Positions 28,178 through 35,968 of a DNA stretch of 64,000 bases are shown one piece after another. The DNA lies in assembly GCA_965552135.1 (NCBI GenBank), contig CBEVQY010000002.1, forward strand, positions 1 to 64,000. The letters are read 5' to 3'. The position numbers were made by a program, and so were the translations under genes. The notes beneath the pieces were generated by a model, which was not told the origin of the DNA, ran no database searches, and worked only from the letters and a program-made list of their open reading frames with translations. Positions within the stretch are counted from its first letter, which is position 1. The number at the start of each line of letters is the position of its first letter. The stretch comes from an uncultured bacterium. GTDB lineage: Bacteria; UBP14; UBA6098; B30-G16.

Positions 28178-29625
28178 GAAACGGGCAAAACGAAGTGGAA
28201 GGTGGCGCCGCTTCCGGGTTTGCTCTCAGCCCAAATGCGACCGCCGTGGGCAGTTATTATCTGCTTCGCTATAGCCAAGCCCAAGCCCGTCCCACCAACG
28301 CCCCTGCCCTTGCCGCCGCTGAAGAACTTGTCGAAAACCTTGTCGATCTCATCGGGCGGTATGCCGGGACCCGTATCGGCGACGGAGATGTGAACGACGT
28401 CCTTCCTGTGCGCAGCTGTGACCGTCACCTTGCCGCCCTTGGGCGTGAACTTCAGCGCGTTGGAGAGAAGATTTTCGAAAACGCGCTCCATCTGCTTCTT
28501 GTCGATCCTTGCGACGACATCCCCAACGTCCATCCGGAGGGTAAGACCGACGCCCTTGTCGGCAAAGCTTATGGCGTGCCTGCGGACGGTATCCCTTATG
28601 AAGGGCGCAAGCTCCACGGACTCAAGTCGCAGATCGAACTTGCCGTCCTCAAGCTTCTGCAGGTCGAGGATGTCGTGGATGAGCCTCGATAGGGTTTCGA
28701 CATCGCCCATAAGGCGCGCAACGACATCCCTCTGTTCCTGCGAAAGCTCTCCGTGCAGCCCGTCGACCAGGTTCTCAAGCCCGAGCTTCACGCGGTAGAG
28801 GGGAGACTTCAGGTCGTGGGTTATGCTCGCCAAAAACATAGCCTTCATCTTCTCGAGTTTTCCGAGGGCGTCCATCATTGCGTTGAAGTCTGCGGCGAGG
28901 TCTGCGATTTCGTCCCGCGTCGTCAGCGGCACGCGGCGGTTGTATTTGCCCAGCCTGGCGTAGTGTGTCGCCTCGCGAAGATGGGCTATTGGGCGGGCGA
29001 TCCTCCTGGCTATCACAAGAGCCGCGCAGACGGAAAGCAGCGTCATCGACAGAAGCAAAACGACACCATATCTTGCCGCCCTGCTTGTGAGTTTGCGGGA
29101 GCGCGCAATAAGCTCATCCGCTTTTCTCTGCTCATCGTCCACGGCGCTACAAAGCGCCCTCTGCGCCCGGTCGACGGTCCTGCGCCAGAGGTCGTCGTCG
29201 AGCGCCGAGAGAGCCGCAAAAAGCGTGTCGACCAGATCAGCCGCAACGGGGATGTCACCTTCGGTCTGCGCAGCAAGCGAATCGATGCGCGCCCGAAAAC
29301 CCTCAAGCCTTGCCGCAAGCTTTCTGCGCGCAGAAGATATGTAGCGCTTCGTGGAGCTGTCCTTAAACCTCTGACCCAGCGCGGTTCGATACGCAAGGTA
29401 GAGCTTGTCGATTCCGTCAAGCTCCTCAACAAGCTCCCTTTCCGTCGCAACGCGCCCGACGGTGTTGCCGATGCGACACGCGATCAGCCGCAGGGAGCGC
29501 ATGCTCTGGATCAAAAACAGGTTCGACGCAACGGTGAAGACCAAAGCGAGCAGAAAGCCAGCGAATATCTTCGCCGCAATGGGGATGCGCCTCCGGCGCC
29601 GTCTTTCGGGACCGCGATAGGGCAT
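28174..29625 (-). CDS. Membrane sensor histidine kinase (2TM-HAMP-HisKA-HATPase)
   Basis: HAMP (DEIADLAADFNAM), H-box ITHDLKSPL, NLLSNALKF, DTGPG, GTGLGL. Confidence 0.92.
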   Translation of the reverse strand: MPYRGPERRRRRRIPIAAKIFAGFLLALVFTVASNLFLIQSMRSLRLIACRIGNTVGRVATERELVEELDGIDKLYLAYRTALGQRFKDSSTKRYISSARRKLAARLEGFRARIDSLAAQTEGDIPVAADLVDTLFAALSALDDDLWRRTVDRAQRALCSAVDDEQRKADELIARSRKLTSRAARYGVVLLLSMTLLSVCAALVIARRIARPIAHLREATHYARLGKYNRRVPLTTRDEIADLAADFNAMMDALGKLEKMKAMFLASITHDLKSPLYRVKLGLENLVDGLHGELSQEQRDVVARLMGDVETLSRLIHDILDLQKLEDGKFDLRLESVELAPFIRDTVRRHAISFADKGVGLTLRMDVGDVVARIDKKQMERVFENLLSNALKFTPKGGKVTVTAAHRKDVVHISVADTGPGIPPDEIDKVFDKFFSGGKGRGVGGTGLGLAIAKQIITAHGGRIWAESKPGSGATFHFVLPVS

Positions 29626-29630
29626 ACGAC

Positions 29631-31814
29631 TCAGTAAACGTCAAACTCCGCGGTGAAAACGAAGTGCCTTATGGGGGCAAGGTTCCTCTCGATGTCGGTG
29701 TAGCAGTAGTTGAGCGCGTTGTTGACCCTGAACGCAAGCCTCAACCTACCCGCCGAGTACTTCGCCTGAAGGTCCAAAACCTTCTGGTCAACCTTGGGGT
29801 CGGCGGTGTAGAGCCCGTACTCGAACTCCGAACGATACCGCCAGGCAAGGGAGAGGGTCAGATGCCCAAGGACGGTATACTCCGCCGTCAGGGACGCCGT
29901 GTGATCGGGCCGGTAGGGGAGCTTTTCGTTCGCGTCGAGGTCGCGGGAGTCGGTGTAGAGGTAGTTCGCCGAAAGGTTGAAACCCTTTATGCTCGCCCTG
30001 CCGGTTATCTCAAAGCCGTAAATCCTCACCTCGCGCCTGTTGTTGAACTGGAACGTCGTCCCGTATATGGCTATGGGCTCTATCATGTCGTTGTAGTAGT
30101 TGTAAAAGAGTGCGGCATCTACAAGGTTTTCACCTTTAATGTAGTTTGCGCCAAGCTCTGCGGTGTATCCCCGCTCGGGCTTGAGCCCTGCGTTCGGCTG
30201 GACGCGGATTATTCCGCCTGCGTTCGTCCTCGTGAAAAGCTCCGCCATGGTCGGTATCCTAAAGCCTGAGGACAGGCTTGCCCTCAAAGCCGAGTGCTCC
30301 GAGAGGTGATACACCGCCGCCACCTTCGGACTCAACCCACTGTAAACGCCCACATCCGCCGAGTCGACCCAGAAGACGTCGTACCTAAAGCCAACGGTCA
30401 AAACGAGCGGGTGGAGGTAGCTTATCTCATCCTGTGCGAACAGCGCTCCGCCGGCGCCTATGTGGTCGCCGAATGTAACAGAGTTGTTCGTCGCAAAGGA
30501 TGCCTCCGCACCGCAGGAGAACAGGTTCTTCTTCCACGTGAACATCACCTGCGCGTCTGCGCCGAGCTTGTTCGAGCAAGATGCCTCGCACTCGTACTGA
30601 TCAAGGTCGGTATTGTAAATTCTGCTCGACCAGTTGCCGAAGATGTGGTAGAGCTTGGCTTTGAAGAAGAGGCGTCTTTGCGGCGCGTCGCCTCGGTATG
30701 TGACGGCGGAGAAGAGCTTTGTCGACCACACGCGGTCGTTTTTGCGCTGCGGGTCGATGCGCAAAGCCTCCTCAAGGCTCTTCCACTGGAAGTAGCTCGC
30801 GCGGTCCTCGTAAGCGGCATCGACGAAGGCGGAGAGGGACCTGTTGTGCGACAGGTCCCAGTGCATTTTGGCGAAGGCTTTGCCCCTGCGGGAGTCGTCG
30901 CCCTCGCGGTAGCTGTCGTTCTGGGTCGCGTCGGCGGTGAGGAGATAGGCGATCTTTCTGCGCCTGCCGCCCCAAAGAAAGCCCGCGCTCTTTATGGTCC
31001 GAATCCTGTCCGACCAATCCCACTGAGGCCAATAGGGTTTGTCGTATGCGCCGAGCTTCGTCCACAGCTTAAGCGTCCGCTTTCGCGGCGTTTGGGTGAT
31101 CACGTTGACAACTCCGCCAAGCGCGCCGGAACCGTAGAGGGATGACCCCGCGCCCTTGACGACCTCAACCTGATTTACCGCCGCGGTCGGCAGGGCGTCC
31201 CACTTAATCTCGCCGGTGTCGCCGGCAAGGACGGGCACGCCGTCTATCATCATCGTCACGCGGCTTCCGGCGCCCTGCGAATAGCCCGAGCTGTTGCGGA
31301 TCGAGATCTGATACTTGTTCATCGCCACGCCGGGGACGTACCGCATGGCGTCGTCAAGCCCTGTGACCACGGTGTTGGCAAGCGCATCGCCGGGGACGGC
31401 AGTTGTGGTCGTTGGCGCGTCGAGGAGTCTCTGCTCCACCCGCGACGCCGAAACCACAACCGGCTCGGCAACAACCGCCTGCGAAGGCAAAACAAATCGA
31501 AGCGTAGTGTCGGACGTTATCGTAATAAGCGTGTCCTTCTGCGCGTACCCCACGGCGGACACCTGGAAGCGGTAGATAGCGGCCGGTCCTGCGAAGCCTC
31601 TCTCCGCCGAGGCGATGGGTCCGCTTTCGCCGTTGGAGACGAGGTTTATGAGGAAGTTTCCGTCGATATCGGCGCAGGCGCCAACGCCCTGCTCCGGCAG
31701 GTACACGTGCGCCGCAGGGATGGGATTGCCGTTCTCATCAACCACAACGCCGCGCACAACAAAGCCGAAAACCTGCGATATCCAAAGAAGAAGCGCCGCA
31801 GCCGAAAACCTCAT
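29631..31814 (-). CDS. TonB-dependent outer-membrane receptor with N-terminal CarboxypepD-like domain
   Basis: Signal peptide; VVVSASR TonB box, VEVVKGAGSSLYGSGALGGVVNVIT plug, FRIPT..EL, LKPE. Confidence 0.92.
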   Translation of the reverse strand: MRFSAAALLLWISQVFGFVVRGVVVDENGNPIPAAHVYLPEQGVGACADIDGNFLINLVSNGESGPIASAERGFAGPAAIYRFQVSAVGYAQKDTLITITSDTTLRFVLPSQAVVAEPVVVSASRVEQRLLDAPTTTTAVPGDALANTVVTGLDDAMRYVPGVAMNKYQISIRNSSGYSQGAGSRVTMMIDGVPVLAGDTGEIKWDALPTAAVNQVEVVKGAGSSLYGSGALGGVVNVITQTPRKRTLKLWTKLGAYDKPYWPQWDWSDRIRTIKSAGFLWGGRRRKIAYLLTADATQNDSYREGDDSRRGKAFAKMHWDLSHNRSLSAFVDAAYEDRASYFQWKSLEEALRIDPQRKNDRVWSTKLFSAVTYRGDAPQRRLFFKAKLYHIFGNWSSRIYNTDLDQYECEASCSNKLGADAQVMFTWKKNLFSCGAEASFATNNSVTFGDHIGAGGALFAQDEISYLHPLVLTVGFRYDVFWVDSADVGVYSGLSPKVAAVYHLSEHSALRASLSSGFRIPTMAELFTRTNAGGIIRVQPNAGLKPERGYTAELGANYIKGENLVDAALFYNYYNDMIEPIAIYGTTFQFNNRREVRIYGFEITGRASIKGFNLSANYLYTDSRDLDANEKLPYRPDHTASLTAEYTVLGHLTLSLAWRYRSEFEYGLYTADPKVDQKVLDLQAKYSAGRLRLAFRVNNALNYCYTDIERNLAPIRHFVFTAEFDVY

Positions 31815-31840
31815 CGCCCTTCCCTCACTCAATTTTTTAA

Positions 31841-31869
31841 AAATTAAGTGCTTATCCCCCGGAAGTCAA
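31841..31869 (-). promoter_or_regulatory. sigma70-like promoter for the TonB receptor operon
   Basis: TTGACT-17 nt-TAATTT on the minus strand. Confidence 0.5.
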
Positions 31870-31873
31870 GCCG

Positions 31874-31902
31874 TTGACAAGCGATCGCCAACCGATTAAA
31901 GT
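31874..31902 (+). promoter_or_regulatory. sigma70-like promoter, back-to-back with the previous one
   Basis: TTGACA-17 nt-TAAAGT. Confidence 0.55.
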
Positions 31903-31927
31903 AGTTTGGGACGAGGACGGATGCTTT

Positions 31928-32980
31928 ATGCGCTACGCCGCGGTTTACCTCGATCACCTTTCGTCGGCTCCGCCGCCCGCGGAGGCGGTGGACGTTCTGT
32001 CGCGGTACTGGGTCGACCGCTTCGGTCTCCCCGGTGCGCTGCACCAGTGGGGTCAGTGGAGCAAGGCGACGGTGGAGGCTTCCTCCGAGCGCGTCTGCGA
32101 GCTTCTGGGCGCCGCCGGAGGCAAATGCGCCTTCGCAATGGGACCTATCCTGCCGCAGGCTCGCGGCGTCGTCCTCGTCTCACCCATCGAGTGGGGCGCG
32201 GTGCGCGACGCCCTGGGGTCCTCCGGCGCCGCCGTCGAGGTCTTCCCGATGTCGGGCTGGACGTACGACCTCGCCTGGGTTGAAAAGAGGCTGCAGCGGG
32301 GGGACATCGGTCTCGTCGTCGCCTCGGCTGCAGACAGAACCACCGGAACGATCCAGCCCGTAAGGGAGCTTTCGCAACTGTGCCGCAGCCACGGCGTGCC
32401 GCTTTACTGCGACGTCTCTGCCCTTGTGGGCAGAATGCCCTTTTCGCTTGCCGAACTCGGCGCCGACTTCGCCTTCGTTGAGGGGAAGCTCTTCGGCGCG
32501 CTCTGCGACGCCACCGTCGGCATCGAAGCCAGCATACACCTCCCCGCGCCCCTTGCCGCAAGCTTTGCCAAAGCCCTCGAAAGCGCCCTCGCCAACATAG
32601 AGGAAAGATCATCCGACCTCGCCCGCCTCACCCAATACTTCTGGGAGCTTTTGGGACTCCATCTCCCCCACATCGTCCTTCTGGGCGGCGAAAGTCGCGT
32701 GGCAGGCGTTCTGACGGTAGCCTTCGAGGACGTCGACCGGGGCGCCATAGCCCTCGCGCTCGATATGCAGGGCGTCGCCGTGTGGGCGGGAAAACCCTTC
32801 GCCGAAACGATCCCTCAGCTCGAAGCTATGGGCGTGGAAAAAAGGCTTATAGACTCCGCCGTCCGATTCGCGCTGTGGCACACAAACACACAAGAGGAGA
32901 TCGACTACGTCCTGAGGGTCCTCCCACCGCTTGTGGACAGAGTCCGATACGAGAAGGGCTCGCCAAAATTCAGGGGCTAA
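31928..32980 (+). CDS. Divergent class-V aminotransferase / cysteine desulfurase-like protein
   Basis: VYLDH, TGTIQPV.EL, D...VGRMP, LDMQGVAV, SAVRFAL..TNTQEEID follow the IscS/NifS scaffold; the SSGSAC catalytic loop is absent. Confidence 0.7.
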   Translation: MRYAAVYLDHLSSAPPPAEAVDVLSRYWVDRFGLPGALHQWGQWSKATVEASSERVCELLGAAGGKCAFAMGPILPQARGVVLVSPIEWGAVRDALGSSGAAVEVFPMSGWTYDLAWVEKRLQRGDIGLVVASAADRTTGTIQPVRELSQLCRSHGVPLYCDVSALVGRMPFSLAELGADFAFVEGKLFGALCDATVGIEASIHLPAPLAASFAKALESALANIEERSSDLARLTQYFWELLGLHLPHIVLLGGESRVAGVLTVAFEDVDRGAIALALDMQGVAVWAGKPFAETIPQLEAMGVEKRLIDSAVRFALWHTNTQEEIDYVLRVLPPLVDRVRYEKGSPKFRG

Positions 32981-32987
32981 AAAACCC

Positions 32988-33036
32988 TTGACAAGCCGTC
33001 GGCGCGGTCTATTTTATTATGAGCATATGCCAATAA
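32988..33036 (+). promoter_or_regulatory. Promoter plus palindromic operator
   Basis: TTGACA at 32988, TATTTT at 33010, imperfect palindrome TTAT-GA-GCATATGC-CA-ATAA at 33017-33036 just before the AGGAGG RBS. Confidence 0.6.
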
Positions 33037-33048
33037 CAGGAGGCGACG

Positions 33049-33429
33049 ATGATCGTAGCCTTTGCGGCGATGGGCAACGACCTTAATGCGCCGCTTGATC
33101 ATCGCTTCGGGCGGGCTCAGAACTTTGTGCTCGTCGAGCTGGATACCGGCCAGGTCGTTTCGGTTATATCTAACCCGAACGTAGCTGCTCCGGGTGGTGC
33201 AGGTGTTAGCACCGCGCAGATGCTTGTGAACAACGGCGTTGGGGCTGTGGTCGCAGGTGCATTCGGACCGAACGCGATAAATATCCTGCGCTCCGCTGGC
33301 GTCGCAACATATTCCTCGGCGGGATACTCCACCGTCGGGGAAGCCATAGACGCCCTGAGGACTGGCAAGCTCCCGCCTGCCATAACGCCCTCGGGCGGAA
33401 GAGGTTTTGGGCACGGAAGGAGATGGTAA
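33049..33429 (+). CDS. NifB/NifX-family (MTH1175-like) protein
   Basis: HRFGRA..F, GAGV..AQ, GAFGPNA, Gly/Arg-rich tail. Confidence 0.88.
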   Translation: MIVAFAAMGNDLNAPLDHRFGRAQNFVLVELDTGQVVSVISNPNVAAPGGAGVSTAQMLVNNGVGAVVAGAFGPNAINILRSAGVATYSSAGYSTVGEAIDALRTGKLPPAITPSGGRGFGHGRRW

Positions 33430-33444
33430 AAAAGGAGGTGAAAG

Positions 33445-33792
33445 ATGCCGGCAGGAGATAGAACAGGACCCTGGGGTCTTGGACCGATGACGGGAAGGGG
33501 ATTTGGCTACTGCGCCGGATATCCCCATCCCGGCTACGTCGTTCCCGGCGGCGGAGGCAGGTGGCTTGGATTCGGCGGATGGGGCAGAGGCTGGCGCCAC
33601 AGATATTGGTACTACGCCACCGGTCTCCCCGGCTGGATAAGGTGGCGCTATTTTGCACCATATCCTGCCCCCTTTCAGCCTCCCGTTTCTCCCGAGCAGG
33701 AGAAGGAGGCGCTGAAGCAAGCCGCCGAAGACCTCCGCGCCGAGCTTGAGGAGATCGAGCGAAGAATAAAGGAGCTTGAGGAGAAGAAATAG
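33445..33792 (+). CDS. DUF5320-like protein
   Basis: [26 protein letters not shown]-rich middle, C-terminal coiled coil. Confidence 0.85.
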   Translation: MPAGDRTGPWGLGPMTGRGFGYCAGYPHPGYVVPGGGGRWLGFGGWGRGWRHRYWYYATGLPGWIRWRYFAPYPAPFQPPVSPEQEKEALKQAAEDLRAELEEIERRIKELEEKK

Positions 33793-33806
33793 CTCCTGCA
33801 CCCATG

Positions 33807-33838
33807 TGGGGCGGGTCGAGCTTCACCGACCCGCCCCA
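33807..33838. other. Perfect 12-bp intergenic stem-loop without U-tract
   Basis: TGGGGCGGGTCG-agcttcac-CGACCCGCCCCA. Confidence 0.7.
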
Positions 33839-33857
33839 AAACACAAGGAGAAGCGGG

Positions 33858-34214
33858 ATGAAGATAGCCTTTCCCGCCGAGGGCGAAGGTCTCGATGCCC
33901 TCATATCATCCCATATGGGCAGAGCGCCTAAGTTCGTCATCTACGACACGCAGACCGGTGAGGTCACATGCCTCAACAACTGCGGCGAGCACTTCGGCGG
34001 CGCCCTAAAGCCCGCAGAGCTTTTGGCTCAAAACGAAGTGGACGTCTTGGTCTGCCAAAGGCTTGGACCCAAGGCGGCGGCGATGCTTGCGGAGCTTGGC
34101 GTAAAGGTCTTTGTGGGCGCAGAGGGCAAGGTCGCAGACGCACTGGAGTCTTGGCACAAGGGGGAGCTTGCCCCACCGAGCGAGGAGAACATCTGCAGGG
34201 AGAGCTTTGGATGA
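33858..34214 (+). CDS. NifB/NifX-family protein
   Basis: MKIAFP, SHMGRAPKF, VDVLVC..LGPKA; AGGAG RBS. Confidence 0.88.
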   Translation: MKIAFPAEGEGLDALISSHMGRAPKFVIYDTQTGEVTCLNNCGEHFGGALKPAELLAQNEVDVLVCQRLGPKAAAMLAELGVKVFVGAEGKVADALESWHKGELAPPSEENICRESFG

Positions 34215-35044
34215 CGGTTGCCGTTGCCAGCGGCAAAGGCGGGACGGGAAAGACCACCGTCGCAGTCTCCCTCGCACTGGTCGCCGCGCCTGTGACGCTT
34301 GTCGACGCCGACGTCGAAGAACCAAACGCCAACATACTACTCAAAGCCGAACGACACACCGTAAAAAAAGCCCAGCTCCCATTCCCCAAGATCAACGCAA
34401 AAAAGTGCGACTTCTGCGAGAAGTGCTCGCAATTTTGCGCCTTCAACGCCATCGTCGTCCTCAGGGGGCTTAAGGTCTTCGTGGTTCCCGAGATGTGCAA
34501 AAGCTGCGGCGGCTGCGCCATAGTCTGCCCGCAGAAAGCGATAAGCGAAGAGCCGAGGGACATAGGCTACATCCGCCTCGGCAACAAAGACGGCGTGAGG
34601 CTTGTTGAGGGAGAGCTTTTGGTGGGGGAATCGTCCCCAACGCCGCTTATAAGGATGCTCCCCGCGTTTTTCGATGGTGGCGATGTGATAATAGACTGTC
34701 CGCCGGGCGCAGCGCACTCGATGGTGGAGGCTATACGACCCGCCGACATCGTGCTTCTGGTGACCGAGCCCACACCGTTCGGGCTCCACGACCTTGAAGA
34801 AGCCCTCGTTGCAGCCGATGCCCTCCGCAAACGGTGCGCCGTGGTCGTGAACAAAAGCGACATCGGCACAGACGAGGTAAAAAGGTTCGCGGAGCTTCGG
34901 GGAATCCCCGTCCTTATGGAGATACCCTACGACGACAAGATCGCGCGGTGGTACTCGCGCGGTCAAACGCCCGCTGAGGCATCATCTCGGTGGCGCGAAA
35001 GGTTCGCCGAACTCTGGCGCAAGCTCAAGGAGATGTCAGCGTGA
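34211..35044 (+). CDS. MinD-superfamily P-loop ATPase with inserted 2x[4Fe-4S] ferredoxin domain
   Basis: SGKGGTGKTT, DADVEEPN, CDFCEKC...C, CKSCGGC...CP, DCPPG, VTEPTPFGLHDL. Confidence 0.9.
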   Translation: MTVAVASGKGGTGKTTVAVSLALVAAPVTLVDADVEEPNANILLKAERHTVKKAQLPFPKINAKKCDFCEKCSQFCAFNAIVVLRGLKVFVVPEMCKSCGGCAIVCPQKAISEEPRDIGYIRLGNKDGVRLVEGELLVGESSPTPLIRMLPAFFDGGDVIIDCPPGAAHSMVEAIRPADIVLLVTEPTPFGLHDLEEALVAADALRKRCAVVVNKSDIGTDEVKRFAELRGIPVLMEIPYDDKIARWYSRGQTPAEASSRWRERFAELWRKLKEMSA

Positions 35045-35910
35045 AGCAGGTTGCCGTTGTAAGCGGCAAGGGCGGAACGGGCAAGACGACGGTTGTTGCC
35101 GCACTGGCGCGGCTTGTGCCGAACAAGGTCCTCGTCGATGCCGACGTGGACGCGGCAAACCTGGCGATAGTCACCGCCGCGCAGCCGCTTGAGCAAAAAA
35201 CCTTCACCGAAGGCGCAGTCGCGCAAATCGATCAGAGCGCTTGCATACGCTGCGACCTGTGCAGAACATACTGCCGCTTCGGCGCAGTCGCCGTTGCCGA
35301 CAACCAATACGAAATAGACCCCCATGCCTGCGAAGGCTGTAAGGTCTGCCAGCTTGTGTGCCCAAAAGACGCCGTAAAGATGACCCCCACCCAGGCGGGC
35401 ACAGTCATAAAGTCGAAGACGCCCTTCGGCACGCTCTGGCACGGAAAGCTCTCCCCGGGGCGCGAAAACTCGGGCAAACTCGTCACCCACCTGCGCGAAC
35501 TCGCCATAGAGGAGGCGAACGCCTCGGGCGCAGACTTCGTGATAATCGACGGCGCGCCAGGGATAGGCTGCCAGGTCATAGCGTCGGTCACCGGCGTCGA
35601 CGCAGCCATCGTTGTGACCGAACCCACGCTCACCGCCCTCCACGACCTCCAGCGGATCGCAGGGCTCCTTGCTCACTTCCGAATCCCAGCCGTCGTCGCG
35701 ATAAACAAGTTCGACGTAAACGAAAGCCTCGCCGCAAGCATTGTGCGCTGGTGCAGTCAAAACGAGCTTTCCGTGGCGGTGAAAATCCCCCTCGACGTGA
35801 GGATAATCCACGCCCTGGCGGAGGGGAGGTCGCCCGTGGAGATAGGCGACCGGGCGCTTGTCGAAAAGTACGCCGCGATATGGAGGGCGGTGGAAGACCT
35901 CCTCTCGTAA
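35041..35910 (+). CDS. Second MinD-superfamily P-loop ATPase with 2x[4Fe-4S] domain
   Basis: GTG start overlapping the upstream stop; SGKGGTGKTT, DADVDAANL, CIRCDLC...C, CEGCKVC...CP, NSGKLV, DGAPGIGC. Confidence 0.9.
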   Translation: MKQVAVVSGKGGTGKTTVVAALARLVPNKVLVDADVDAANLAIVTAAQPLEQKTFTEGAVAQIDQSACIRCDLCRTYCRFGAVAVADNQYEIDPHACEGCKVCQLVCPKDAVKMTPTQAGTVIKSKTPFGTLWHGKLSPGRENSGKLVTHLRELAIEEANASGADFVIIDGAPGIGCQVIASVTGVDAAIVVTEPTLTALHDLQRIAGLLAHFRIPAVVAINKFDVNESLAASIVRWCSQNELSVAVKIPLDVRIIHALAEGRSPVEIGDRALVEKYAAIWRAVEDLLS

Positions 35911-35932
35911 ACTCTGCGCAGGAAAAATTCCT

Positions 35933-35960
35933 TTGACCAAAAGGGCGCCAGCCTTATACT
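35933..35960 (+). promoter_or_regulatory. sigma70-like promoter very close to the start codon
   Basis: TTGACC-16 nt-TATACT, ATG 8 nt downstream of the -10. Confidence 0.5.
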
Positions 35961-35968
35961 AATGCGCT

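Noticed and set aside
33049..34214. NifB/NifX-like genes as evidence of nitrogen fixation
   Set aside because: No nifH/D/K in the window; this family is widespread in non-diazotrophs
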